From: a virus | Taxonomy: Duplodnaviria; Caudoviricetes | Strand: one strand, 5' to 3' | Length of the DNA stretch: 64,000 nucleotides | Virus record (IMG/VR): IMGVR_UViG_2927464213_000002 | Location: 32,001 to 96,000 of that record | Made by a program: the position numbers and the translations under genes | Notes under the pieces: model-generated | What the model saw: only the letters and a program-made list of their open reading frames with translations | Told to the model about the DNA's origin: nothing | Databases searched by the model: none | Part shown: one piece after another, positions 54,954 to 64,000 of the stretch | Layout of the letters: the number at the start of each line of letters is the position of its first letter | How positions within the stretch are numbered: position 1 is the stretch's first letter

Positions 54954-57221
54954 ATGGACCGCAAAGTTATCTTTCGCGACTATCAGGAACAGGTCGCGAC
55001 CGACCACAACAACCTGCAGGAATATGCGCAGCAGGCGATGGACAACATCGTGTTGGACGGCATCAGCGCATCCCGGAAGTACTCCGGGCTGATGGTGACC
55101 AAGACCGGCCAGGTCGAGGTCACGGTTGGCGCCGGCCGGGTCTACGACTTGGGCGCCGTCTACGGGCGCCGGGTCGTCCTGACGCAGTCCGTGGCCACCT
55201 ACGTGGCTGCCGCGGCTCGCCGCATCGTCACCGTGTCGGCCTATGGCCAGGAGACGGAGACGGATATCCAGACCCGCGACTATCTGACCGACGTCGACAC
55301 CGGCACGGTCGAGCCCCGCGCTGTGTCCATGACCGAGTCCCGCGATGCTCAGCTGGTCTTCACGGCCGGCGCCGAAGCCGCTGACCCGGTTCCTCCGGCC
55401 GTTCCTGCGACCCACGTCGTGATCGCTCACATCACGCTGGACACCACGCAGATCATCTCGATCGAGATGCAGGATCAGAACGCGGTCGTCTCGACCGACG
55501 CCCTCGACATCCGCACCGACCTGCTGGAGACCTTCCGCGGCATCATCGAGCCGCGAGTGACCTCGCTGGCATCGGACTTGGCCGACCTCGCGAACCGCGT
55601 GAAGGGCCTGGCTGACCAGTCGGACCTCTCCCGGGTCTATCTGGACCTGGCGCGCGTGAAGGAGAGCCTGCGTTATCCGGACGACGCTTCCGGCTTCGAC
55701 GCTGACTTCTTCCTGATGCCGAACAAGTCGGACTACAACAACACGCTGTTGCTCGGCTACGACGCAAAGGTCGAAGAGGGCATCCGGTTCAACGACGCCA
55801 ACAAGAACCAGTTCGAAATCTCGCTGTTCTCGGCGAACGATCCGAACGCGTCTCTGGCCGGCGGCTACCTGATGCCGAAGTACAGCAACGTCCTGAAGAT
55901 CCAGACGGGCCCCTACACCTCGTCGCTCGGCATCTCGCAGTACGGCTATCAGGTGCATTCGATGCAGGTCGGCTACATGGCCCGCTCGCGTGTCCGGTAC
56001 GGCGGCAGCTACACGGTCTGCACCAACGGCAACAACTTCAGCACCCCGGGTCAAGCTGTCGACACCACCAACCTGTACGACTTCAACACCACGGGCTTCA
56101 CGACGGTTCAGAACAACGGCGCGTCGTGGGATCATCCCTACGCCTGGCAGCGCACGGACTACTACTGGATCGACACCTGGCAAGAGCCGTTCATGTACGA
56201 GGTCACCACCGACCTCTCGATCACGGGCGCGCAGGTTGCTCAGACCTTCCTGGTCTCGAACGACATCATCGCGACCCAGCTCGGCTTCTACATCACGGCC
56301 AAGGCCGCGAATGAAGACATCCACCTCGCGCTCTGCGAAGTGACCGCTGGTATGCCCGACCTGTCCAAGGTCTGCCTGAAGACGACCTACCCGCAGGCCC
56401 AGATCGGCACGGGTTGGAACATCTGCCCGATCCAGCCGACCTTCCTCGGGAAGGGCAAGCGTTACGCGCTCGTGTTCATCTCGAACGCGAACCACCAGAT
56501 CGGCATGACCTCCGGTCAGAACTATCTGGACGGCACGTTCTTCTACTCGACGGACGGCATCTACTATATGGGCGACCTGACCAAGGACATGATGATCCAG
56601 GTCTACGGCGCTCAGTTCGCTTCGGCTCAGGTCGCGATCGAGTTCGCTCCGATCAACCTGGACGGCGGCTTCCGGGATATCGACATCCTGGCTGAGCAGT
56701 GGGTTCCGGGTTCGTGCCAGCTCGTTTACGAGATGCGGCCGAACGGTACCGGTCAGTGGCAGCCGCTGATCGCGGACAACGCCGGCATCCTCGCCGTCGC
56801 TCCGCCGCTGGCGCAGTTCAGGGCTCGGTTCATCGGCACTCAGGACATGATGCCGATCCTGCATCTGACGGGTTCGCGCGTGACGGTCTCGCGGCCGAAG
56901 ACGGTCTTCAAGCACGTCTCGACCAAGCTGACCGTGCCGGCGATGGCAAACGCCGCGAACAACCTGACGTTCGTGAACCTGCTCGAAATGTTCGATCCGA
57001 CGCCGCACACCTACGGCATCTCGGTTCGGGTCGGCTCGACGGATTACACGCCGAACGCGACCGTCACCGAGCTGAAGGACTCGAAAGCGAAGCGCTACCA
57101 GAAGACTTACACGTTCAGTCTCCCGGCCGGCACCACGCAGTTCACGATCGTCCAGACCGGAACGACCAACTCTCCGCAGGTCACGTACCACGTCGCCGAG
57201 CGGGTCTTCTACACCAAGTAA
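54954..57221 (+). CDS. Baseplate/tail fibre-base structural protein
   Basis: 755 aa, beta-rich, between gpI and the fibre. Confidence 0.7.
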   Translation: MDRKVIFRDYQEQVATDHNNLQEYAQQAMDNIVLDGISASRKYSGLMVTKTGQVEVTVGAGRVYDLGAVYGRRVVLTQSVATYVAAAARRIVTVSAYGQETETDIQTRDYLTDVDTGTVEPRAVSMTESRDAQLVFTAGAEAADPVPPAVPATHVVIAHITLDTTQIISIEMQDQNAVVSTDALDIRTDLLETFRGIIEPRVTSLASDLADLANRVKGLADQSDLSRVYLDLARVKESLRYPDDASGFDADFFLMPNKSDYNNTLLLGYDAKVEEGIRFNDANKNQFEISLFSANDPNASLAGGYLMPKYSNVLKIQTGPYTSSLGISQYGYQVHSMQVGYMARSRVRYGGSYTVCTNGNNFSTPGQAVDTTNLYDFNTTGFTTVQNNGASWDHPYAWQRTDYYWIDTWQEPFMYEVTTDLSITGAQVAQTFLVSNDIIATQLGFYITAKAANEDIHLALCEVTAGMPDLSKVCLKTTYPQAQIGTGWNICPIQPTFLGKGKRYALVFISNANHQIGMTSGQNYLDGTFFYSTDGIYYMGDLTKDMMIQVYGAQFASAQVAIEFAPINLDGGFRDIDILAEQWVPGSCQLVYEMRPNGTGQWQPLIADNAGILAVAPPLAQFRARFIGTQDMMPILHLTGSRVTVSRPKTVFKHVSTKLTVPAMANAANNLTFVNLLEMFDPTPHTYGISVRVGSTDYTPNATVTELKDSKAKRYQKTYTFSLPAGTTQFTIVQTGTTNSPQVTYHVAERVFYTK

Positions 57222-57233
57222 GGAATCCACTTC

Positions 57234-57425
57234 ATGGCAGACAACGAAAACGGGGCCGCTCCGGCGGCTCCGAGCATCGACCCGAACAAGAGCTATCGCC
57301 TGACGCTCGCTCGGGCGGTCGAAATCGCTCCCAAGATTTGGGCGCGTCCCGGCAGCGACGTGGTCGTCAAGGGCTCGCTGATCGCCGACTACGGCGATGC
57401 GGTCACCAGCTACGAAGAGGTCTAA
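57234..57425 (+). CDS. Small tail-associated protein
   Basis: AAGGA RBS; 63 aa. Confidence 0.6.
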   Translation: MADNENGAAPAAPSIDPNKSYRLTLARAVEIAPKIWARPGSDVVVKGSLIADYGDAVTSYEEV

Positions 57426-57428
57426 GAC

Positions 57429-58952
57429 GTGGCTCGCCGGTATGATCAGTACTACCGGGTAAAGCCGAGGGACAACCTCGGCGATCCCGAATATTGGAAC
57501 CGGCGTTTCGATGACATCGATCGCCGCGTTTCTTCGAACGAGGACGAACTCGACGCAATCGACGGTCTGACCGCCTACATTGAGGGCCTCGCCCTCAACC
57601 GGCTGGACCTGGTCTTGGCGCCAGCGCTCGACAAGATCGCGCTGGTGTCGGAGCAAGGCTTCTTGCTCGCTCACTCCAATTCACAGGTGACGCTGGACGT
57701 GAACACCACCCAGGTGTTTGCGATCCCGGATCTGGCGGAGCGCGAGCTGTTCGCGCCTTCGCCGTTCGTCACCATCGCCCGCAAGGGCAGCATGACCGAC
57801 TACGCCTTCGCCGAGCTGGTCGCTTGGGATAGGAACTCCGGCCAGCTGACGCTGCGCCCGCGGGCAATCTTCGGAAATCCCGGACCGTTCATCGACTGGG
57901 TAATCTACGTCGGCTCCGCCATCCAAGAGGCGGTCATGGACACTCTCGCGAAGTGCGAGGCGGCCCGTGATCTGACCCTCCAGTACAAGTCGAATGCGGA
58001 CGCAGACGCTGCCGCAACGGCAGCCGATCGGGCAGCCATCGGCCTGATGAAGGGTGATGCCCTGGCAGCTCGGGATGCGGCTCAGTCGTATGCTGCTGCT
58101 GCCCAGACCTGGGATCCTTCGCTCTACTACTCTAAGGTGACCGTCGATGCGACGTTCGTCGCGTTCGGCAAGGCTCAGACACTTCCCGATGCCAGCAAAG
58201 TCCAGGCTCGTAAGAACATCGGCATCCTCCAGACGGAACCGATCGCAGCGAATACGAACTGGAACACCCTCATGGCTCCGGGCACGTATTACACGTTGAG
58301 CCCGACCGGGGTGACCAACGCGCCGTCAACCGGAACGTATTGGTATCTGACCGTCGACAGCTACGGCAGCAACCCGACGCACTATTGCGTTCAGCAGGCT
58401 GTCCAGCTCGACACGAACACTGCCGTCGTCAAATGGATCCGCGTCTTCGCGAATGACATCTGGACGCCGTGGCGCCGGGTCATGCTCGGAGTCAACAACC
58501 TCTCCGACGTCGACAATCCCGCGCAGGCGAGGACGAACATCGGCGCGCAGGCGAACCTCGGCTTCACGCCTGCAAACAAGGCTGGCGACACGTTCACCGG
58601 CAACATCTCGGCCCCCGCCGTCATCGCGACCGGCAATACATGGGCCTATGGCGGCGTGCTCTATCTCAACTCTGGAGGCACCGGATATCTCCAGTACATG
58701 GGCGGAGCGGCCTACTATCTCGGCAGCGCCGGCTACATCTGGCATCAGGGCAACATCAACCCGGTGATCAGCATGCGGACCGTTTATGCGGGCGATTGGA
58801 GTCCGGGTTGGGGTGGTGCGCTGGAGGAGCCCTACGGTGGGAGTGCGGTCGTTACCGGCGTGTCCGGGAACAGCGGTTATACGGCTGCTCGATATCGATA
58901 CATCCAGTATCAGGTCGGCTCCGGAAGCTGGTACAACATCAACGTGGCATAA
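57429..58952 (+). CDS. Tail fibre protein
   Basis: QARKNIG/QARTNIG, WNTLMAPGTYY, WTPWRR, NKAGDTFTG; C-terminal RYRYIQY. Confidence 0.85.
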   Translation: MARRYDQYYRVKPRDNLGDPEYWNRRFDDIDRRVSSNEDELDAIDGLTAYIEGLALNRLDLVLAPALDKIALVSEQGFLLAHSNSQVTLDVNTTQVFAIPDLAERELFAPSPFVTIARKGSMTDYAFAELVAWDRNSGQLTLRPRAIFGNPGPFIDWVIYVGSAIQEAVMDTLAKCEAARDLTLQYKSNADADAAATAADRAAIGLMKGDALAARDAAQSYAAAAQTWDPSLYYSKVTVDATFVAFGKAQTLPDASKVQARKNIGILQTEPIAANTNWNTLMAPGTYYTLSPTGVTNAPSTGTYWYLTVDSYGSNPTHYCVQQAVQLDTNTAVVKWIRVFANDIWTPWRRVMLGVNNLSDVDNPAQARTNIGAQANLGFTPANKAGDTFTGNISAPAVIATGNTWAYGGVLYLNSGGTGYLQYMGGAAYYLGSAGYIWHQGNINPVISMRTVYAGDWSPGWGGALEEPYGGSAVVTGVSGNSGYTAARYRYIQYQVGSGSWYNINVA

Positions 58953-58958
58953 GCTGAC

Positions 58959-59534
58959 ATGAACATCATCAACCACGGAACTTGGACGCGATACGAGCCC
59001 GATCCGTATCCGGCCGATCTCCCGCCCAACATCCTCTTCGCGAAGAGTGATGTCACGGGGCGGGACTGGTACGACGCTCTCTATGGAGAGACACCGCTTT
59101 GCGCGGCCGACAGCGTCAAGGTCACCGCAACCAAGGAAGCGGACGGATCGTGGCGGCTCCAGGCAGTGAACAAGGATGCGACGAAGGTGTTTCCGATCGG
59201 CGGCCTCTTGCTCGAAATCACCGGTTACAGCGGAGCCGATCTTCAGGCTGACTTCGGTCAGAAGAGGTTCGATGCGACGACGGGCGAGATCACGGAGTTT
59301 CCCCCGCGCGCCCGCGTGGTTTCTGCGCGGCAGATCAGGTTGGCTCTCAATCAGATCAACCTGCGATCCGACGTCGAGGCCTGGGTGAAGACTCAAGACC
59401 AGAACACCCAAGACAACTGGAACTACGCGACCGAGTTCGTCGAGGACAATCCGCTCATCGTGGCCTGCGTGGCAGGCCTCGGGAAATCTGAGGCTGAGAA
59501 GACCGCGCTCTTCGATTTGGCGCTGACGTTCTAG
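58959..59534 (+). CDS. Tail fibre assembly protein
   Basis: GRDWYD; VSARQIRLAL..WNYATEF..PLI. Confidence 0.75.
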   Translation: MNIINHGTWTRYEPDPYPADLPPNILFAKSDVTGRDWYDALYGETPLCAADSVKVTATKEADGSWRLQAVNKDATKVFPIGGLLLEITGYSGADLQADFGQKRFDATTGEITEFPPRARVVSARQIRLALNQINLRSDVEAWVKTQDQNTQDNWNYATEFVEDNPLIVACVAGLGKSEAEKTALFDLALTF

Positions 59535-59565
59535 CCGACCGACCAACACCAACAACACCCAAGCC

Positions 59566-59599
59566 AGGCCGCTCCCTAACCGGGGCGGCCTTTTCTTTT
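59566..59599 (+). terminator. Intrinsic terminator
   Basis: AGGCCGCTCC..GGGGCGGCCT-TTTCTTTT. Confidence 0.8.
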
Positions 59600-59608
59600 G
59601 GAGAACCC

Positions 59609-61045
59609 ATGACTGTTCAATACCTCCACGGCCTCGAGACGATCGAACTCGACAGCCCTTCCGGTCCGGTTGAGACCGTCAAGTCGAACGTGATCGGCTT
59701 GGTCGGCACGGCGCCGGACGCTGACCCGGATATCTTCCCGCTCAACACTCCGGTGCCGGTGTTCGCCGACGCACTGAAGGCGGGTCAGCTGAAGTCCACC
59801 GGCACGCTGCTCGACGCGGTTGACGCCATCTACAGCCAGAAGTCGGCTGTGATCGTGGTGACCCGTGTCGCCGAAGGCGAGAGCCAGGAAGAGAGCTGGT
59901 CGAACGCGGTAGGTTCGCCGTCCGGCAAGACCGGCATCTGGTCGCTGCTCAAGGCCCGACCGATGCTCCGCGTCGTGCCGAAGCTGCTCGTCGCTCCGGG
60001 TTTGACCGGCGGTCGCCCGACCAACGGCGTCAAGAACCTCGTGATCGGCGACCAGGGCACTGCCTACGTCCTCGCCACCACGAACATCGTCATCCAGACT
60101 CCCCCGGCCGGCGGTCGCCAGGCGAAGGCGGTCCCGCAGGTGGTTGGCGGCAAGCTGACCGGTGCGATCATCACCGACCCGGGCTACGGCTACACCGATC
60201 CCCCGACCGTGACCATCACCGGCGCAGGCACGGGCGCCTCGGTCACCGCAACCCTCGGCCACGTCGCCAACCCGGTTGGTGTTGCCTTCGCCTCCATCGT
60301 TGACCGCCTCCGCGCGGTGGCGTTCCTGGACGGTCCCGGCACCTCGTACGAAGACGCGGTCGAGTACCGCGGCGACTACGGCAGCCAGCGCATCTCGATC
60401 GTCGATCCGGGCGTCCTGAGCTGGGATACCGAGAACTCCGTCTACGTGCAGAAGCCTGCTTCGGCCTACGCGGCCGGCATCCAGGCGCGCGTCGATGAAG
60501 AGAAGGGCTTCTGGTACACGTTCTCGAACGAGCTGATCCAGAACATCGGCGGCCCGTCGCGTCCGGTCGACTTCATGCCGAACGACCGCGACTGCGAAGC
60601 GAACATGCTCAACGCCTCCCAGGTCACGACCGTCATCCACGACGACGGCTTCCGGTTCTGGGGTGTGCGCGGCACCGGCACCGACCCGCTCTGGGCGCAC
60701 CTCTCGGTTCGCCGCACCGCGGACATGGTGTACGAGAGCCTGGAGCGCGCCGAGCGCAGCCGAATGGACAAGCCGTTCAGCCTGCAGCTGCTCGCCGACA
60801 TCCAGCTCGACGTCAACTCCTACCTCCGACTGCTCCGCTCGCGCGGCGCGCTGATCGGCGGCAAGTGCTGGATCGATGCGAACATCAACACCCCGGCGAC
60901 CTTCGCTGCGGGTGAGCTGACGGTCGACTTCGACCTCGAACCGCCGGCGCTCCTGGAGCACCTGCAGTTCCGCGCTCGCCGCAACCCGCAGTACTACGTC
61001 GACTTCATCGAAGAGTTCAATCGGTCGGTCGCCTCCAACGGCTAA
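59609..61045 (+). CDS. Tail sheath protein (P2 FI-like)
   Basis: YLHGLETIE..VIGLVGTAPDAD..GFRFWG..VRRTAD. Confidence 0.95.
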   Translation: MTVQYLHGLETIELDSPSGPVETVKSNVIGLVGTAPDADPDIFPLNTPVPVFADALKAGQLKSTGTLLDAVDAIYSQKSAVIVVTRVAEGESQEESWSNAVGSPSGKTGIWSLLKARPMLRVVPKLLVAPGLTGGRPTNGVKNLVIGDQGTAYVLATTNIVIQTPPAGGRQAKAVPQVVGGKLTGAIITDPGYGYTDPPTVTITGAGTGASVTATLGHVANPVGVAFASIVDRLRAVAFLDGPGTSYEDAVEYRGDYGSQRISIVDPGVLSWDTENSVYVQKPASAYAAGIQARVDEEKGFWYTFSNELIQNIGGPSRPVDFMPNDRDCEANMLNASQVTTVIHDDGFRFWGVRGTGTDPLWAHLSVRRTADMVYESLERAERSRMDKPFSLQLLADIQLDVNSYLRLLRSRGALIGGKCWIDANINTPATFAAGELTVDFDLEPPALLEHLQFRARRNPQYYVDFIEEFNRSVASNG

Positions 61046-61136
61046 GGCGTAGCACTCCACCAACAACCCAAAAGAGCCAACCGAGCCGCTCGATCCCTCG
61101 TGGGTCGGGCGCGCTTCGGCGTGGCCGGAGAGATAA

Positions 61137-61667
61137 ATGACCACGAGCAATCTTCGCGACTCCAACATTCTCCAGGACTTCACCGTCTGGATCGACGGCG
61201 TCGGCAAGATCGGCGAAGCGCCGAACTTCCAGCCGCCCGAGATCAACATCGCCGTGGAAGAGTTCCGCGGCGGCGGCATGGACGGCACCGTCGAAATTCC
61301 CTTCGGCATCGAAAAGATCGAGTTCGATTTCACCCTCCATACCTGGGACGAACAGATCTGGACGAAGCTGGGTTACGGCCCGGGTTCGCTCGACGTGCCG
61401 ATCACGTTCCGCGGCTACCTGCTCACCCCGGGCGGCGGCGACAAGGGTGTGGTGATCACCACGCTGTGTCTGGTGAAGGCGATCAAGACGGGCAAGGCGG
61501 AAGCCGGCAAGAAGGTCGAAATGACCATCAACGTCTGCGCCAACTACTACCAGCACAACATCGACGGCAATGTCGTCGCTGAAATCGACGTCTTCAACAA
61601 GGTCACCATGATCGGTGGCGTCGACAAGAGCGCGAACGCGCGCCGGATCCTGGGCTTCACCTCCTAA
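61137..61667 (+). CDS. Tail tube protein (P2 FII-like)
   Basis: EEFRGGGMDG..EIDVFN..IGGVD. Confidence 0.93.
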   Translation: MTTSNLRDSNILQDFTVWIDGVGKIGEAPNFQPPEINIAVEEFRGGGMDGTVEIPFGIEKIEFDFTLHTWDEQIWTKLGYGPGSLDVPITFRGYLLTPGGGDKGVVITTLCLVKAIKTGKAEAGKKVEMTINVCANYYQHNIDGNVVAEIDVFNKVTMIGGVDKSANARRILGFTS

Positions 61668-61689
61668 GGCTTAGCCAGGCTCCCAACTC

Positions 61690-61724
61690 AAGGCCCTGCC
61701 ATGCGGCGGGGCCTTTTTCTTTTT
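61690..61724 (+). terminator. Intrinsic terminator
   Basis: AAGGCCCTGCC..GGCGGGGCCTT-T tract. Confidence 0.75.
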
Positions 61725-61749
61725 CCCCCAGCAATAGGTGTGCAAACCA

Positions 61750-62025
61750 ATGGCAAACGAAATCAAGCAGGAAACCTTCAACCTCTCCCATCCCTTCGAG
61801 TACCGCGGCGCGACGTACGTCGAGATGAAGGCTCGCCGCCCGAAGGTGCGCGACCTCCGCAACTTCATCAAGAACATGGAGAAGGATGCCATCGCCGCGA
61901 TGGAGAAGGTGCTCGCGGATCTCTGCGAGGTCGACGAGAAGGTGATCTCCGAGATCGACGTCGAGGACTTCGCTCCGATGAAGAAGTGGTTCGAGGATTT
62001 TTTGAAGCCCATGGCGAGCGAATAA
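61750..62025 (+). CDS. Tail assembly chaperone (gpE-like)
   Basis: LSHPF..RRPKVRDL..IDVEDF. Confidence 0.85.
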   Translation: MANEIKQETFNLSHPFEYRGATYVEMKARRPKVRDLRNFIKNMEKDAIAAMEKVLADLCEVDEKVISEIDVEDFAPMKKWFEDFLKPMASE

Positions 62026-62186
62026 GCCGCATCATCGCCGACGCATTCCCGGTCTTCGAGCGTTTCCACTGGACGCTCGAAACCGTGGATCGAATGGACT
62101 TCGACGACTTCATCCTCGTCGCTGACGGCGTCCAAGCACTGAACCAACGAGACGCCGAAGCAATCAAAGCTGCCCAGGGCAAATAG
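61998..62186 (+). CDS. -1 frameshift extension of chaperone (gpE'-like)
   Basis: Slippery T TTT TTG at 61998-62004; -1 frame gives IIADAFPVFERFHWTLETVDRMDFDDF. Confidence 0.75.
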   Translation, partial: FFEAHGERISRIIADAFPVFERFHWTLETVDRMDFDDFILVADGVQALNQRDAEAIKAAQGK

Positions 62187-62227
62187 CGCCCTGGGTTTTT
62201 TCTTTTGCGAATAGCCAGGGAGCTGCA

Positions 62228-64000
62228 ATGGCCGACGAACACATGAAGATGATTGCCGAGCTGGAGTTTCGCTCCAGCGGCTCGGCGACCATCGCAGCTC
62301 TGCAGGCGAAGATTAAGGCTCTCAAAGAGCAGATCAATAAGAGCTTCGCGAAGAACGCCATAACGACTCCGATCGTGTCGCCCCAGCTGATGAAGGATCT
62401 GCAGGGGACCGGCAAGGCCATCAACGGCCTGACCAAGAAATACGTCGACATGGCCAAGGAAGCTCGCGAGCTGGGCCAGATGAACGCGCGTGTCTACAAG
62501 GGCATGCAGCGAGACATTCAGGCGCACGCGCGGGCGTGGCAGAAGGCGTCGGGCTCCCAGAAGGACGACCTCGCCAAGTCTCTGAAGGAAAAGATCAAGT
62601 ATCACCAGGCTTATCGCTCGGTCTACAACAAGGAAAATCAGCGCGTCCTGGGCATGACGGCGTCTCTGCACAAGGCAGAGACCGATCTGCATCTCGCCCA
62701 GTGGCGTAATCGGGAGCGCATTGATCGGCAGCAGCGCGCGTCAGCGCTTCGATCGCGTGCCGCGTTCGCAGCGTCCATGCGCACCGTCGCTGGATCTGTC
62801 CGGAGCGGCAGCTTCCAGGCCGGCCTCATCGGTGGCGGTCTGGCGTACGGCACCGGCCGCGCCGTCAGCTCGGCGATCCGATCGGCAACCGACATGGATC
62901 GTGCGGAAGCCAACGCCCGCATCAACATGGACGAGAAGGATATCCCCGGCGGCTTCGCCGGCCTTCGTGAGCGCATTCTGCCGAAAGCCGTTCAGCTCGG
63001 TCAGGACCCGGCCCGCTATATGCAGACGGTCGTTGAGGCGGCCAAGGCCGGTGTTCCGGAAAGGATGTCGGAACAGACGGGCGAGATGGTCACCATGCTC
63101 GCCAAGACCTTCGGCGTCGAAGCTGACCAGGCCATGGACGGCATGGGTTACGCGATCGCGCAGGAATTTGGTGCCGGCCGATTGAAGGACATCCAGGGTG
63201 TCCGTCGCCTCGGCAACATCGCTGCGTTCCTGGCGGCGAAGACTGCCGCGCGTCCCGACCAGATGTTCTCGTTCCTCCGCACCGGTATGGGCTCCGGCGC
63301 GCTGCTCGGAATGAACCAGCAGTCGACTCTGGCGTTCGGCGCCTCGGCCATCCAGGCCGGTGCTCAGGGCCAGCAGGCCGCTCGATTCCTCGGCAGCCTC
63401 GGCGAAACGCTCGCCGAACTGACGATGGAAGCGAACGCCATCACCAAGAAGCACCATCGGTCCGAGAAGGACCGGCTGTTCATGAGCCTTCCCGGTCAGC
63501 TGGGGTATGGCTCGTACGGCGAGATCGAGCAGAAACTCAAGAAGGACCCCAACAAGGGTATCTTCGACCTGATCAGCTCGTTCCAGAAGATCAAGGCGCC
63601 GCTCGATCGGCAGAAGGCGATGTCGGCAATGTTCGGCGCCGACTTCGGTCGGTTCTTGGCGAACATGATCGCGTCTCCCGAGATGCTCAAGCGCACGAAG
63701 GAGCTGGCAGAGCAGGCGGCAACCCAGACTGAAGGCAACGACTTCATCAGCGAAGCGTGGGGTGAGTACAGCAAGAGCCTCGAGTTCTTGATGGGCCGCA
63801 TCGGCGCCACCTGGAAGGTCATCAAGACCGAGTTGGGCTCCACCTTCAAGCCGTTCGTCGAGCAGCTCAGCCTGTACATCAGCGACTGGTACAACGCAGT
63901 CAAGACCGGAGGTCTGAAGGACAAGCTCACTGCGGTCCTGAATGGATTGACCGAGGGCTTCCTCGGCAAGTCTGGCACGTTCCGTGACCTGCTGGAGCAT
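62228..64000 (+). CDS. Tape measure protein (runs off window end)
   Basis: Open frame from ATG 62228 to the edge; helical Ala-rich; follows the chaperones. Confidence 0.9.
   Translation, partial: MADEHMKMIAELEFRSSGSATIAALQAKIKALKEQINKSFAKNAITTPIVSPQLMKDLQGTGKAINGLTKKYVDMAKEARELGQMNARVYKGMQRDIQAHARAWQKASGSQKDDLAKSLKEKIKYHQAYRSVYNKENQRVLGMTASLHKAETDLHLAQWRNRERIDRQQRASALRSRAAFAASMRTVAGSVRSGSFQAGLIGGGLAYGTGRAVSSAIRSATDMDRAEANARINMDEKDIPGGFAGLRERILPKAVQLGQDPARYMQTVVEAAKAGVPERMSEQTGEMVTMLAKTFGVEADQAMDGMGYAIAQEFGAGRLKDIQGVRRLGNIAAFLAAKTAARPDQMFSFLRTGMGSGALLGMNQQSTLAFGASAIQAGAQGQQAARFLGSLGETLAELTMEANAITKKHHRSEKDRLFMSLPGQLGYGSYGEIEQKLKKDPNKGIFDLISSFQKIKAPLDRQKAMSAMFGADFGRFLANMIASPEMLKRTKELAEQAATQTEGNDFISEAWGEYSKSLEFLMGRIGATWKVIKTELGSTFKPFVEQLSLYISDWYNAVKTGGLKDKLTAVLNGLTEGFLGKSGTFRDLLEH

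Larger units (their letters stand above)
1..64000. mobile_element. Large myovirus-like prophage/phage region (extends beyond both window edges)
   Basis: Complete head-neck-baseplate-sheath-tube-tape measure module at 39.9-64 kb and a dense leftward arm of small phage-type ORFs; IS scars and host-type cargo suggest residence in a bacterial genome; no integrase or att site seen. Confidence 0.93.

Noticed and set aside
54951-57674. Long antisense ORFs in the track (e.g. 54951-57674, 59576-61333, 43860-45572, 1619-3244, 5822-7312)
   Set aside because: Shadow frames of GC3-biased real genes on the opposite strand
57429-59534. Diversity-generating retroelement or invertible fibre cassette
   Set aside because: No reverse transcriptase, template/variable repeat pair or invertase in the window

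Overview
The whole window is part of a large contractile-tailed (myovirus-like) prophage or phage of a GC-rich alphaproteobacterium, most likely Bradyrhizobium. The left arm (1-21.4 kb) is a leftward run of small early/accessory genes: rIIA-like GHKL protein, M28-like peptidase, small alarmone hydrolase, PRTase-like, ArfA-like and many hypotheticals. The right arm (28.9-64 kb) is rightward: accessory genes, then terminase, portal, scaffold, capsid, Mu/P2-like neck, baseplate, fibres, sheath, tube, a frameshifted chaperone and the tape measure. A ~6 kb IS-scarred cargo sits at the divergence point. It carries a phasin and a tts-box-preceded 1328-aa ULP/C48 SUMO-protease type III effector of the Bel2-5/NopD family. 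The most unusual signal is non-coding. A ~2.1 kb locus (34.25-36.39 kb) is built from consecutive helix-closed RNA domains, including a ~370-nt possibly ROOL-like domain, and ends in an atypical tRNA-Trp; an HNH/small-peptide cassette interrupts it. There are also two tRNA-like RNAs with non-canonical anticodon arms and several other structured intergenic RNAs. A 16-bp palindromic operator recurs at least 10 times, and a 22-bp iteron array lies beside the cargo. All family calls come from motif recognition by eye; no searches or folding were run.
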